Shown here piece after piece: positions 12,697-25,189 of a DNA stretch of 64,000 nt. The stretch is from the NCBI GenBank assembly GCA_030390025.1, contig JASTWF010000036.1, positions 3,660,001 through 3,724,000 on the forward strand, given 5' to 3'. The stretch's first letter is position 1. The number at the start of each line of letters is the position of its first letter. Below the pieces are notes generated by a model that saw nothing but the letters and a program-made list of their open reading frames with translations, was not told the origin of the DNA and did not search any database. The stretch is from Squalus acanthias. Lineage: Eukaryota. The translations under genes and the position numbers were made by a program.

Positions 12697-13158
12697 TGTC
12701 AGCCGTGGCTCAGTTGGTAGCACACTCGCCGCTGAGTCAGAAGGTTGTGGGTTCAAGTCCCACTCCAGGGACTTCAGCACGTAAATCCAGGCTGACACTC
12801 CCAGTGCAGTACTGAGGGAGTTCTGCACTGTCGGAGATGCCGTCTTGGATGAGACGTTAAACCGAGGCCCCGTCTGCTCTCCCAGGTGGACGTAAAAGAT
12901 CCCACGGCACTATTGCGAAGAAGAGCAGGGGAGTTCTCCCCGGTGTCCTGGGCCAATATTTATCCCTCAACCAACATCACTAAAACAGATGATCTGGTCA
13001 TTATCACATTGTTTGTGGGAGCTTGCTGTGCACAAATTGGCTGCCGCGTTTCCCACATTACAACAGTGACTCCACTTCAAAAGTACTTCATTGGCTGTAA
13101 AGCACTTTGAGACGTCCGGTGGTCGTGAAAGGCGCTATAGAAATGCAAGTCTTTCTTT
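12697..13158 (+). mobile_element. Full-length tRNA-headed Deu-SINE (SacSINE1/AmnSINE1-like)
   Basis: A-box tggctcagttgg, B-box ggttcaagtcc, central Deu-like domain, and L2-like tail ggcgctatagaaatgcaagtctttcttt. Confidence 0.9.
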
Positions 13159-13609
13159 AATAAAAGTATCCACTGGCCTACAAAACAGAAAAACTTGAGA
13201 TCTGGGAGCGATAGGACACTGATGTCCAGAGCAACAGAATGGCGCACTAGATTGCCAAATCATTAGAGTACAAGTCTGAGGCAGTCACGCTGAAGATATA
13301 AAGCGCCAACGCATAGCGTCACAACAATTACAAGGAAAGATTGGAGAGGAACTTGCAATCTTCAACTTTGAAGAGAGGTGACTGAGAGGGCACCTTAGGA
13401 GGTACACATGAGAATATGGAATAGAGCATGCAACAACTCCTCCCCTCCCCGCGAGCACGATTTCAAGTTAAGGCACAATTGTAGGACGAGTCGACAAAGG
13501 TACAAACTGGTGAAAGGAAAGCTCAGGACTTCGCCAAGAAACAGGTCTTCACACAGTGATTAATAACCTGGGGCATCTCCCTGGTCGGGTAGTGGAAGTA
13601 AAAACTTAA

Positions 13610-13905
13610 GGACTTGCATTTATATAATCGTCTTTCACGACCTTAGAACGTCCCAAAGCGCTTTACAACCAATTGAGTACTGTTGCAGTGTAGTCACTGT
13701 TGTAATGTAGATAACACAACAGCCAATTTGTACACAGCAAGCTTCCACAAACGGCAATGTGAGAACGACCAGATAATCTGGGTTTTTTTTTAATAAAGTG
13801 ATTGAGGGATAAATATTGCCCAAGACACCGGGGAGAACTCCCCTGCTCTTCCTTGCAAGAGTGGGTTGTGGGATCTTTCACAAGCATCCTAAGGGGCAGA
13901 CGAGG
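13610..13905 (-). mobile_element. Deu-SINE fragment
   Basis: Reverse complement of the 3' two-thirds of the copy at 12697. Confidence 0.85.
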
Positions 13906-14429
13906 CAGTTAGATGCCATGATGGAGAGACCATAGATTTCTGTGGAAGAGAAAGAGCGAAGAGGGGCTGAATGGCTTCTCGCCTAACTGGGTTTAGTGGC
14001 CGCTAGTGCTTGAGTGAGAGACAGATACAAAAAAAAAAGTGACAACATTCTAGTGGCTCACCACCATTTGGTGGATGGCTCAGTCAATTATACATGGGCG
14101 TGAAATGGAGGCAGATTTTCAATTACAGTCTGATGTGACCAGCTGCAGGTCTGGTGAAAGAAACCCACCTGCAATGGAGTTCTCTTCACAAGCAGGTTAA
14201 TACGCTGCCTTGTGAAAGGTTTACCTCCTGAGGTTCACCACTATTTGGGACAAACATGGGGAACTCTCAATATAAAAATAAAAGGGGCACATCAAGAAAA
14301 AGGCCACATTGCACTCTCTGCTGACATCACCACACGAGTATAGAAAATGCAGGTTAAAATGAAAGGATAGCATACAAACTGCGAATGCTCCAGAAGGCAA
14401 CGACAACAGCAGCAACTTGCATTTAGTGT

Positions 14430-14815
14430 CAGAGTCAGAAGGTTGTGGGTTCAAGTCCCACTCCAGTGCGGTACTGAGGGAGTGCTGCACTGTCGGAGGT
14501 GCCATCTTTCATAGGAGACGTTAAACCAAGCTGCCCTCTCGAGTGGACTTAAGAGTTCCCGTGGCACTATTTCGAAGAAGAGTAGGGGAGTTCTCCCCGG
14601 TGTCCTGGACAATATTTATCCCTCAATCAACATAAATAAACAGATGATCTGGTCATTATCACATTGCTGTTTGTGGGAGCTTGCTGTGTGCAAATTGGCT
14701 GCCACGCTTCCTACTTTGCAACAGTGACTACACTTCAAATTTACTTCACTGGCTGTAAAGCGCTTTGAGACGTCCTGAGGTCATGAAAGGCGCTATATAA
14801 ATGCAAGTTCGTTCT
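14430..14815 (+). mobile_element. Deu-SINE
   Basis: gagtcagaaggttgtgggttcaagtccc ... ggcgctatataaatgcaagt. Confidence 0.85.
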
Positions 14816-15694
14816 TTATTTATATCGGAAATATAACAGAGGAAAACATGCCAAGGCGCTTTAAACAAGGTTACATTTGCAGAGAAGAACCCTACATTAT
14901 TTGTAGGGTAAGTGATTGTTTTCCGAGTGGGTTGGAGTGATCACTGTTTCCAGCTCCCAGGATTTTTTGTAACGCAAAATTGCGGTACTCGGGCAACAAA
15001 CTGCACAGCAATTCTGCACTTGCGCCAAATAATTTGTGCCATCGTACAGGAGGATGCAACACATCGTTCAAAAGTAAAAAACTAAAAAAGGGACAGCGAC
15101 TAAATCTCCCACAACACAGACAACGCTTTCAGAAGCACCTCACTCGAGTGGCTCAGTCTGTCGACTAAAATAGCAACTGATGCACTGGGTTAAACTTTGG
15201 GTGTTGAAGTCAGAAGTTGGTATTTTTAAAACGTGATTATATGGTTGAGTGCAACCCAAATGACACTCATTTCGCGACACAGACTGAACATCTTCCGGCA
15301 AAAGAGAAGCAGATGGCTCTCTTGTCATTTTGTGTTTGCCATTTACTGCTTGTGCACACCCATTGTTTCCACCTCCCCCTTTGACTGGGAATGCAAGAAT
15401 GTGGGCCAACAACAATATGAACTCCATAAGGGACTGCTGTGATAGCAAGCCCTACAGACGAGGACCACCCCAGGTTCAACCCCTGTTGTCATTTAGACAG
15501 TCTCAGCCAAGCAGAAAATGTCACTTCCTCAGCTGACAAATGGCCACGCGGGGGAAATGAAAGAGCTTCTTCCAATACAACCTTTCACCAAAGCTAAAAA
15601 AGGAGAAACAAGGCTTCTAAAAGCAAACCAGAAACAAACAAACAGTCACATGCCAGGCAGCAAGTCAAGTTAAAATGAATGGTGGGGCTACATA

Positions 15695-16320
15695 AACACT
15701 GGCAACAAGAGCAGGTCAGAGGCTAGGTATTCTGCGGCGAGTGTCTCACCTCCTGACTTCCCAAAGCCTTTCCACCATCTACAAGGCACAAGTAATGAGT
15801 GTGCTGGAATACTCTCCACTTGCCTGGATGAGTGCAGCTCCAACAACACGCAAGAAGCTCAACACCATCCAATACAAAGCAGCCCGCTTGATTGGCACCC
15901 CATCCACCACCTTAAACATTCACTCCCTCCACCACCGGCACACCGTGGCTGCAGTGTGCACCATCTACAAGATGCACTGCAGCAACTCGCCAAGGCTTCT
16001 TCGGCAGCACCTCCCAAACCCGCGACCTCTTCCACCTAGAAGGACAAGGGCAGCAGGCGCATGGGAACACCACCACCTCCAAGTTCCCCTCCAAGACACA
16101 CACCATCCTGACTTAGAAATATATCGCCGATCCTTCATCATCGCTGGGTCAAAATCCTGGAACTCACTCCCTAACAGCACTGTGGGAGTACCTTCACCAC
16201 ACGGACTGCAGCGGTTCAAGGCGGCGGCTCACCACCACCTTCTCAAGGGCAACTGGGGATGGGCAATAAATGCTGGCCTTGCCAGCGACGCCCTAATCCC
16301 ATAAACGAATTTTTAAAAAA
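15695..16320 (+). mobile_element. Non-LTR LINE 3' fragment (same family as 8118)
   Basis: ORF 15741-16304, STIYKAQVMSVLEYSPLAWMSAAPTT...KAARLIG, with an A-rich tail. Confidence 0.85.
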
Positions 16321-16346
16321 AAAGTTGAGCACTCCAAATACATTAC

Positions 16347-16795
16347 ATGTTTGAAGCAGTACAAGATGAAAGAAGGCATGCCAGGGAGATCAGACACAGG
16401 GGCGACACTGCACACCCCCCCCACCCCCGCTTTTATACCAATCATGTCTACACCTACTTGGCGATGGCCGAGGGGGAAAACCACCTCCGCAGGCCCAGCG
16501 TGAAGGCTGTTGCAGAGCTGACACATCTGGTCCACCTTCAAGCAACCTGCACCAGAAGGACAGCACTGCCAGCAGCTGCCACGGTCACTGCCATCCTCAA
16601 CCTTTCTCCCTCCAGGTTAGCATCGGATGGAGCAGTAGCCAGCGTCCCACCCATGCACTGCATCAAACAGGTGACTGATGCACTGGCCAGCATTTTCCAC
16701 ACCCTTGCCAACAGCAACACGGTTGACCAATTTCACCGCATTCAAGATTTCCCAAAGTACCCGGGGGGGGGGGATCATTGATAGCAGCCATGGTG
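16347..16795 (+). pseudogene. Harbinger (HARBI1-like) DDE transposase N-terminal remnant
   Basis: YLAMAE..LRR..AVAEL.HL..LQ....RRTALP....VTAILN...HCIKQVTDAL...FHRIQDFPK, then frameshifted G.IDSSH (equivalent to GAIDCTH, first catalytic Asp). The remainder is deleted. Confidence 0.8.
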
Positions 16796-16809
16796 CTAAC
16801 CAGGCATCA

Positions 16810-17985
16810 GGTTCTTGTGACTCACCCGGTGCTACCTCCTCAAGCTCACCAACTGTATCTTCCTGGACCCGTGTAGCTGTGCTGGTGCTTGCAAACGTTG
16901 GTGAGAGGGACACAGGGTGCGGTCTTGTTCTGGGCCATTAGCAGCCTGCTCTTCCAGGCCTACAGTGACAGAAAAGGAATACACAGGTTAGAACATTGGC
17001 TCCCTTAAAACAAAGCTTGCATTAAAACACATTAGAACAGAGCTTGCACCATGACACATCTTAAACTGCTTGCATTAAGAAACACCTTACTACAGAGCTT
17101 GCATTGGGAAATAACTTAAAACAAAGCTTGCATTGCAAGATACTGTGTGTAATGTTCATGTGTATGCCTGAGAGTGAGCAAGGAGGATAACAAAAGACAG
17201 CAAGGACAGGATAGTACTAGCCCCTGGCTTGGTGGGAGGCCACCAGTTTCACCTTCACCTCTCCCTCCATGCTGATATTGCAAGATGCCCAGGGTGGCCT
17301 CCTCCAAAGTAGTCAAGGTCTCGTCATTTGAGCCCTCCTTCGGTTTGGGTCTACACCCTTCTGTTATATGCCATATTGAATTGCAAGCAGATAAATTTAG
17401 TCTTAAGGTGTTATGTCAAAGGAACACTTACAAGGACAGGAATGCGCCCAACCTTCAGCCCATCCTGTGTTCGTAACTGACCATGTAGCTAGGTTGTGTT
17501 ACTATGCTTTACTGTGTGAAGCCCTTGGAAGATGTTGGGTGTGCCAAGACTTTCAATTGTAAGTTGCAGCTTCAATGTGTGCCCTGCTGGAATATGGGTA
17601 TGCATGGTAAAAGCAATGCATAATGAGTTGCAAGAGTATCTGAAGGCCTGGCATTTGGCCAGCAGTAAATGCGAAATAGATTGACAAAACTAAAATTTGC
17701 AACATGCATACGTGGGCCAACTACCCAGTATGTGGTACTGTTGTGTAGCCGTACCTTGGCAGTTTCCTCAAGCTGTGCTATCTTCTTCCGTATCTGTTGC
17801 CAGGTTCTGCAGATAATGCACGCACCGTTGACTGTGGCCGCCACCTCCCGCCAGCCATGCTGCATTGCTGTCCTCTGGGGAGGTTGCCCTTTAGTGCTAA
17901 ACAGGGCAACCCTCCCCACATTCATCTCATGCAGCAGGGTCGCCACTTCTCCAGCCATCGAACAGGGTTCCAGGTCCTATGCCAC
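16810..17985 (-). pseudogene. Harbinger Myb/SANT-like DNA-binding gene remnant (spliced)
   Basis: EVATLLHEM....ALF.....WREVAATVN....RTWQQIRKK, ending at donor AAG|GTACGG (~17755). A next-exon remnant reads MAYNRR..TEGG..LTTLEEATLGIL (17370-17270), and there is an acceptor ctgtcactgtag near 16962. Confidence 0.75.
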
Positions 17986-19134
17986 GCCATTTGGCCAGAG
18001 ACTTCCTCTTCCCGTCTCCTCTATAAATGTTTTGCGCACCCAGAGATCTCTCTTATTCTGGCTGCCAGAAGCTTTCTGCAGTGACCACTTCCCTTTAGGT
18101 TGTCACGCTTCTGTTAAAATGGTAGCTGCAGCTCTTCAAGAGCTAAGCTGCATTGGATATGCTGGCGCCACCCACTACTTTGGCAAGCTCCCAGCAAGAG
18201 GCCCAATCGAGGCCAGCGATTTGCAGCTAATGCAGTATTCAGGGGCGACCACCGTATGATTTAGTGCAGGTTTGGGGAGGGGGGCGGAATTTACAACAAG
18301 GCTTCTCTCTGCTCCTCCTCCCAACCATTCAACTCGTACTGCAGAAAGATTCATGTCAAGCTAATCATGACTTGCTTGAACCCTTGACCTCTGAACTGCG
18401 ACTGGGTTAGTTCTTCAGACAGATGAGTAATGAACCCTTCGCTCAAATGCCTTTCCCTTCTAAAGGTTTTCTATTGATTCCCACAATTCAGCCAAAACTG
18501 AAGTGCCTTGTGACACAGCACGAGGGGCACAGTCACTCAGGGTCAGTGTGCTTGCTCAACAGCAGAGCATCGAGTTTGAGGACAGATACTTCCCTGGTAA
18601 CATTTGCTTTCCACCTTTTCCTCTCCATTCCCCAGAAGGCATAAATTTCATGCCAGGGTACAAGTCTCAACTTGCAGCCCTCCAATACAATAGCTCACCA
18701 TGAACAACTGTAGGCAGTGAGATTCAGTAGGTTATTTGATTTCATTTTGAAGGGGGGGGGGGGGGCAGGGGGTGAGGCACCGTAAGTAAACCTGATCCTA
18801 TCCTCCCAACATCTACTAGTTCACTTTTCCACAGAAATCACTGGACAGCGATCAGGAGTGGGAACCCCAGCAAATTCCTTCCTCAGATCTCAGATGCACC
18901 TCTCCCTCTGTCAATCGCACTTTTGCATCAAGCAAGCAATCTCTGGAGACTGGACCACATTGGAAACACACATTTGAGTGGGTCCCACAAACTGCGTGTC
19001 GGTCTCCATTTCCCCTTTAATGGCAAGATTTGCCCCTCCACCAACCCCATGAAGCAAACAGGAGATCAGTGCATAGGGCTTAAGGGTCCTCCTTCAACCT
19101 CTGCTCCCCTGGGACCATATATTTAATACAAAAG

Positions 19135-19585
19135 ACAGACTTGCATTTCTCTAGCGCCTTTCACGACCTCAGGACGTCCCAAAGAGCTTTACAGCCAATG
19201 AAGTACTTTTTGAAGTGTGGTCACTGTTAGAGAAAACGCAGCAGCCAATTTGCGCACAGCAAGCTCCCACAAACAGCAATGCGATAACGACCAGATCATC
19301 TGTGATGTTGGTTGAGGGATAAATATTGTTCAGGAAAACAAGGGCAACTCCCCTGCTCTTCTTCGAAATAGTGCTTGGGATCTTTTGCGTCCATCTGAGC
19401 GCGCAGACGGGGCCTCGGTTTGACGTCTCATATGAAAGACAGTAGCTCTGACAGTGCAGCGCTCCCTCAGTACTGCCCTGAAGTGTCAGCCTAGAGATTA
19501 TGCGCTCAGGTCTCTGGAGTGGGACTTGAACCCACAACCTTCTGACTCGAAGCGAGAGTGCTGCCCACTGAGCCACAGCTGACAC
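19135..19585 (-). mobile_element. Full-length Deu-SINE
   Basis: Complete reverse-complement copy including A and B boxes. Confidence 0.9.
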
Positions 19586-19657
19586 CCTGGTGGCTTTAGA
19601 ATGCTGAGGGGCCTCCTTGCCATTTCCGAAGACTCCGCAACAGTCTTGTCCCACTAC

Positions 19658-20115
19658 CTGCCTTCATCCCTCCCCCGACAGACCTGCGCTGCCAACGTAA
19701 AAGGCACTCCTGCATTAGGAGCCCGTAGCCGACAGCAAACGCACGGCTCGCCCCACATCAGCTGCACTTGGAAACACGAGCGAACCAACCGCCGCTGCTC
19801 CAAGGGGCCCAATCCTCTCGCCGATCCGGCCAACTCCCGTCCCCGACGGAAATGCACCAAGAGCTCGATTCCCGCCCCCCCTCGCAACCAGCAACCTTGG
19901 CCTTCCAGCTTCCAACAGCAGCAGCGCCGGGCGAAACGCACAGCGGGGAAAAAGTTGCGCGCAGAGCTTCGGTTTGAGCGCTGTTCTCGCCCAATCTCCC
20001 CCCACCCAGCAAATAAATAGTAAGCGCTGCGAGGCACGATGGTTGCGCTTCACGGAACGGACACTCAATCCCATCCGGCTGAGAACAGACCTACATACAG
20101 CTCACTGCGCATGAG
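19658..20115 (-). promoter_or_regulatory. CpG-island-like promoter / candidate first exon
   Basis: Unique GC- and CpG-rich block, NRF1-like tgcgcatg at 20106-20113, and minus-strand donor CAG|GTAGTG at 19658/19657. Confidence 0.4.
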
Positions 20116-20344
20116 GTCAGCAACTGCTCGAAGTCCAGCCTGCAAGTACACGAAGGGCAAACAGAAGGATGGTTAAGCTGCAAATTCAAAATTAAAAGGC
20201 AGTCACTAAAAAAAAAAATTTAAGTCAGCCAACATCCTGGATTCATACAAAAGTTAGAGCTAGGTTGGTTTTTTTTTAAAATAAAAAAGGGGACATTTCT
20301 TGCAATTGTACAGAAACTCCTTATTCCAGGGGTTGGGAGAGCCC

Positions 20345-20735
20345 AAACTACAACAACTTGCATTTATATAGCGCCTTTAATGTAGTGAAGACGTCCCAAG
20401 GCACTTCACAGCAGTGATTATCAAACAAATATTGACACCGAGCCACATAAGGAGATGTTAGGACAGGTGACCAAAGGCTTGGACAAAGAGTAGGTTTTTA
20501 AGGAGTGTCTTAAAGGAGGAGAGCCAGGTAGAGAGAGGGAGGTGTTTAGGGAGGGAATTCCAGAGCTTGGTACCAAGGCAGCTGAAGGCACGGCTGCCAA
20601 TGGTGGAGCGATTATAAATCGGGGATGAGCACGAGGCCAGAACTGGAGGACAGAGATCTCGGAGGGTTGTAGGGCTGGAGGAGGTTACAGAGATGGGGAG
20701 GGGCGAGGCCACGGAAGAATTTGAACACAAGGATA
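20345..20735 (-). mobile_element. L2 LINE 3' fragment
   Basis: STIGSRAFSCLGTKLWNSLP...SFKTLLK on the minus strand, with a (caa)n tail. Confidence 0.85.
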
Positions 20736-21184
20736 AGTGTGGTTTTTCAAAACAAAGTACTGCAGGACCGAGAGCCAATGCAGGCCAGCTTGACCAGGTC
20801 AAGCTACGGCTCGTCGAGACCCAACAATCCAGCCCACGAAGTCCCACCCTACTTGCGCTTAAGATTGCTTTCCTGCCGCTTTGTCCCGTTAGAATTTCCT
20901 GAGCTTGCAGGGTTGGAAAAGAGCTTTTCTTTGCGCTGATGCCGCATTGTTGGGTAAGACCCTAAATCAAAATACCAAAGAGCGTTAGTATCCACAGCTC
21001 AAGATAGCGGCAATGGAAACATTCATTTAAAACACTTGGCCTGCATGGATCCACACCCAAGTCCTGAAGAGGCAATAGCTCAGGACATTCCTTACGCAAG
21101 ACTGTCTCACGGGAGTTTCCAGCCACACAGAATTGAAGAGCTGTAAAAGTACCACACGGCCGCTGCCAGCACAGACACGATTCC

Positions 21185-21420
21185 CCTGCCATTGGCTGCA
21201 CTGACAAATAGAAAAGTACCCAATCACCTCGCTCCACAGTGGAGGTCCACCTTGGCTTATTATATACGCAGGCTGTGTGAATGGCTGCCAGGCCCGACTG
21301 GCTCGCTCGGCTTCTAACACAGGATGGTGGCAGGGCTGGGAGAGGGGTGAGGGAGAGGGAAGGCGCGAGGGCGGAGGGGGAAGGCGCGAGGGCAAAGAGA
21401 GGGAGGGAGAAGGAACCACT
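21185..21420. promoter_or_regulatory. Promoter-like motif cluster (two CCAAT boxes, TATA-like, GC boxes)
   Basis: ATTGG 21191-21195; CCAAT-N9-CCACA 21220-21238; tattatata 21258-21266; gggcggag and GA-rich tract 21340-21410. Confidence 0.35.
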
Positions 21421-21774
21421 CAAAGTTAGAGCTGCAAAGTTGTTGTTTCCGTATCTTCGCGCTCTTCCCTTGGAGAAGAGGGTGAAGTAGCAGAAAGATT
21501 CACAGGCCAATTAACAGTCCGCGGCTTGAACCATGGCCGTAACCAGCTTTATACCAGCCGACAGGGGTTTATGGGCTCCCACGATGAGGGAGGGGCCACC
21601 TGCACCCACCGGACGCGAGGTTAACCCAGAATTCAGAGCCGGAGCCACAGTCTCCACTCACTGGGACTGTCGGGGGCGGGGTTTGAACCCTGCACCTTCA
21701 AACTCCGAGGCAGGAGTGCTACCACGACTGAGCCACAGGCCTCACTCCAGCTGCAAAGCAAAAGGTCTTTCTAA

Positions 21775-22245
21775 AACTGATTCCTGGGATGGCAGGACTG
21801 TCGTACGAGGAGAGATTGGGTCAACTAGGCCTGTATTCACTAGAGTTTAGAAGAATGAGAGGGGATCTCATTGAAACGTATAAAATTCTGACAGGGTTAG
21901 ACAGACTGCATGCAGGGAGGATGTTTCCCCTGGCTGGGAGGGTGTCTAGAACGAGGGGTCACAGTCTCAGGATACGGGGTAGGACATTTAGGACTGAGAT
22001 GAGGAGAAATTTCTTCACTGAGGAGGGTGGTGAACCTGTGGAATTCTCTACCACAGAAAGGCTGTGGAGGCCAAGTCACTGAATATATTTAAGAAGGAGA
22101 TATAGATTTCTAGACACAAAAGGCATCAAGGGGTATGGGGAGAGAGCGGGAATATGGTATTGAGAGAAAGGATCAGCCATGATCATATTGAATGGCGGAG
22201 CAGGCTCGAAGGGCCGACTCCTGCTCCTATTTTTCTATGTTTCTA
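21775..22245 (+). mobile_element. CR1 3' fragment
   Basis: GLSYEERLGQLGLYSLEFRRMRGDLIETYKI, with a ttctatgtttct tail. Confidence 0.9.
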
Positions 22246-24132
22246 AAAAGAAACCCTGTGTAAATTGGTCACTGGGTGGGGGCTAGTTTCCTAAAGCCCC
22301 ATTCTTTCAGAACATCTGTAAGTTAGGTCTTTCGCAATTTGAGTGCAAACAGTGAGCACAGGAAAGATCCGTTCAACACAAGTCATTAGGTTTGCAGAGA
22401 TCAGAGGCAATCGAACACCAGGTTTTCCATTGCAACTACCGTTCTTGTTGTCAGGAGAGAAGAGAACAAAGTCCTGTTTTGGAAAAAAAACATTGTGCAT
22501 AGCATCAGCAGAATCCTTAGTCCCCTACAGCTCGGACAACTTGGAAGCTTCCTCACTGGCTTCTCCCAGCTTTGGAGACTTGCACGTGTCCCCGCTTCCA
22601 GTTCAACAGAAGCCGACGAGCAAATTACAGGCAAACGTCTGCAATCTGAACCGTGACTGAGTGAAGACTAGCTTCTTCACTGCCCAATTTATAAGCTAGG
22701 GAGAAGTCACCGTCTGGACCACACCACTGTTCATCGACGTCCTCTCGAATAAGAGCAGACACATTTCTATTGCGCAGCGAGGGCCGCTCGCCTTGCTGTT
22801 GCACACTTCTATTGCGCAGGAAGCCCAGTTTCTTATGCGCAGACCTCTGGTGCTCTGCCGTGTTGTGTTGTAGGGCTGGGGCAATGCCAAAAACCCTTCA
22901 GAAGTCACAACTGCAGCTTTAAGAGTCTCTATCCGGAGACCTCCCCCGATGCCAGGGAAAGTCCTGTGCAAGCCAGTGATTGTAATTTTGAATGCTGGCC
23001 CGCACTCTGAAAAGGGGAAGGGGAGGGTGCGGAGAGAACCTGATAGCCAGCAGATTTCGGCACCGCCAGAGACAGTGGTTTATGCCGGCCTCTCGGCCTC
23101 TGGCTGACCCTTGCAAATCCTCTTGAAGTAGATAGAGAACAAAAGCTTAAAAATCATGGTTGAAAGCAAAAGACTGCACCTTGTTTTCTCTGGTGTATTT
23201 GATTTATCAGATAACAGAAGCTTAGCCCCGATGAACTGAAGGCAGGAGTACGCTTAACCTCAGAGGGATCAAAGTCAAAGGGATTTGCCATGACACAGAG
23301 TCACGAGGCAGTCATCAACAGAGTGTTGGAAATCTCCCACCACTTGGCTGACTCATCTGACCTTCCTTCACTGCGTCGGTACCCGCCAGCGAGAAGTTCC
23401 CCCCACACAAACAGTGCAACCTTTGAGTCAGGTTGTTTCCTCAAAAAATACTGTGACGCATGTCAAAACAGCATTTAAAGGGAGATTTACTATAGGGGAT
23501 GGGAAGTTTCTGTTGAGGGGAAAAAAAGAGTTTCGATGCAGTCAGGCACCCGAATCATTTCAACATATTTAATATACAATAGGTCGATAAATGTAAAAAA
23601 AAATGCCAGAGGACTCCCAACCCAAGCCCTGTTCAAAGCCAATTCGACTCCACAAATCAAAAAAGGGAGCAACTAGCAGATTCAGTAGTGCTGCAATACA
23701 GACAGGCACATGCATTACAGCACTGATCACAAGATAACTGAGGTCGGTTAGAAAGCACGGAGAGAAAGAGCAGCACTGTGATGGGACAGCTTCCCATCTC
23801 ATCCTCCAGCAGCTGGTCTGGAGGCAAGATTGAACAAACACACACTATGATTCAGACACAAAGATTTAATGTCTGCATCGAGGCTTTATACTGGAGACTT
23901 AGAAACACACTGCAACACCTCACTAGTTATAAACCGCTTGAACCCTGCATGGATACTCTGATAAGGCAACAGTACAGTCGACTGCAAGCACAAAAATTGC
24001 ACGATTCACTGCTCCTTCACAAAGTCGCCACGATCTAGCAGGACAGTTGGCAAACAAGGGCCCTATATCATTTAATTATAGTATAATTGTGGGATCGATT
24101 TGATTGAAGTTCAATTAATTAACGGGTAAGTC

Positions 24133-25028
24133 ATGGCAACACAGCTCGGCACCGTGGTATGCTCCTCCTCCGCTATGTGGGAAATCCAGCTGCAGCTACT
24201 GGCAGACCGCATTGTGGCGCTGGAGCTGCGAATGGATACATACTGGAGCATTCGCGATGCTGAGGACCTCGTGGATAGCACGTTTAGCAAGTTGGTCACA
24301 CCGCAGGTAAAGGTTGCACAGGCAGAAAGGGAATGGGTGACCACCAGGCAGAGTAGTAGGTGCAGGCAGGTAGTGCAGGAGTCCCCTGTGGACATCCCCT
24401 CTCAAACAGATATACCGCTTTGGGTACTGTTGAGGGGGATGGCTCATCAGGGGAAGGCAGCAGCAGCCAACTTCCTGGCACCAGGAGTGGTTCTGCTGCA
24501 CAGGACGGGAGGAAAAAGAGGGGTAGAGCGATAGTGATAGGGGATTCCATTGTAAGGGGAATAGATAGGCGTTTCTGCGGCCGCAAACGAGACTCCAGGA
24601 TGGCGTGGTGCCTCCCTGGTGCAAGGGTCAAGGATGTCTCAGAGCAGCTGCAGAACATTTTGGAAGGGGAGGGTGAACAGCCAGTTGTCGTGGTGCATAT
24701 TGATACCAACGATATAGGTAAAAAACAGGATGAGGTCCTAAAAGCTGAATATAGGGAGTTAGGAGGTAAATTAAAAAATAGGACCTCAAAGGTAATAATC
24801 TCAGGATTGCTACCAGTGCCACGTGCTAGTCAGAGTAGAAATAGAAGGATATTTCAGATGAATACGTGGCTAGAGGAATGGTGCAAGGGGGAGGGATTCA
24901 AATTCCTGGGACATTGGAACCGGTTCTGGGGGAGGTGGGACCAGTACAAATCGGACGGTTTGCACCTGGGCAGGACCGGTGTCCTTGGGGGAGTGTTTGC
25001 TAGTGCTCTGGGGGAGGGTTTAAACTAA
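24133..25028 (+). pseudogene. CR1 ORF1 (coiled coil plus SGNH esterase), frameshifted near 24400
   Basis: ORFs 24133-24534 and 24360-25028 join into one ORF1. Confidence 0.85.
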
Positions 25029-25189
25029 AATGGCAGGGGGTTGGGAACCTGAGCAGGGAGACAGAGGAAAGGGAAACAAGGATAGAAGCAAAAGTCAGGA
25101 AGGAAAAAAACAAAAAAGGTGTCAGTCAGAGAAATCAAGGGTTTAAATCAAATGTGGCCACAGTAAATAATAATTCTAAAAGGTCTATG

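Larger units (their letters stand above)
16325..18290. mobile_element. Decayed PIF/Harbinger DNA transposon (convergent transposase and Myb/SANT-like genes)
   Basis: HARBI1-like transposase remnant on the plus strand and Myb/SANT-like remnant on the minus strand. TIRs not identified. Confidence 0.8.

Noticed and set aside
12705..12770. tRNA gene
   Set aside because: A and B boxes belong to a SINE head that continues into the SINE body.
19620..19654. QDCCGVFG as a tetraspanin CCG exon
   Set aside because: No acceptor at the expected position, and the frame runs into a SINE.
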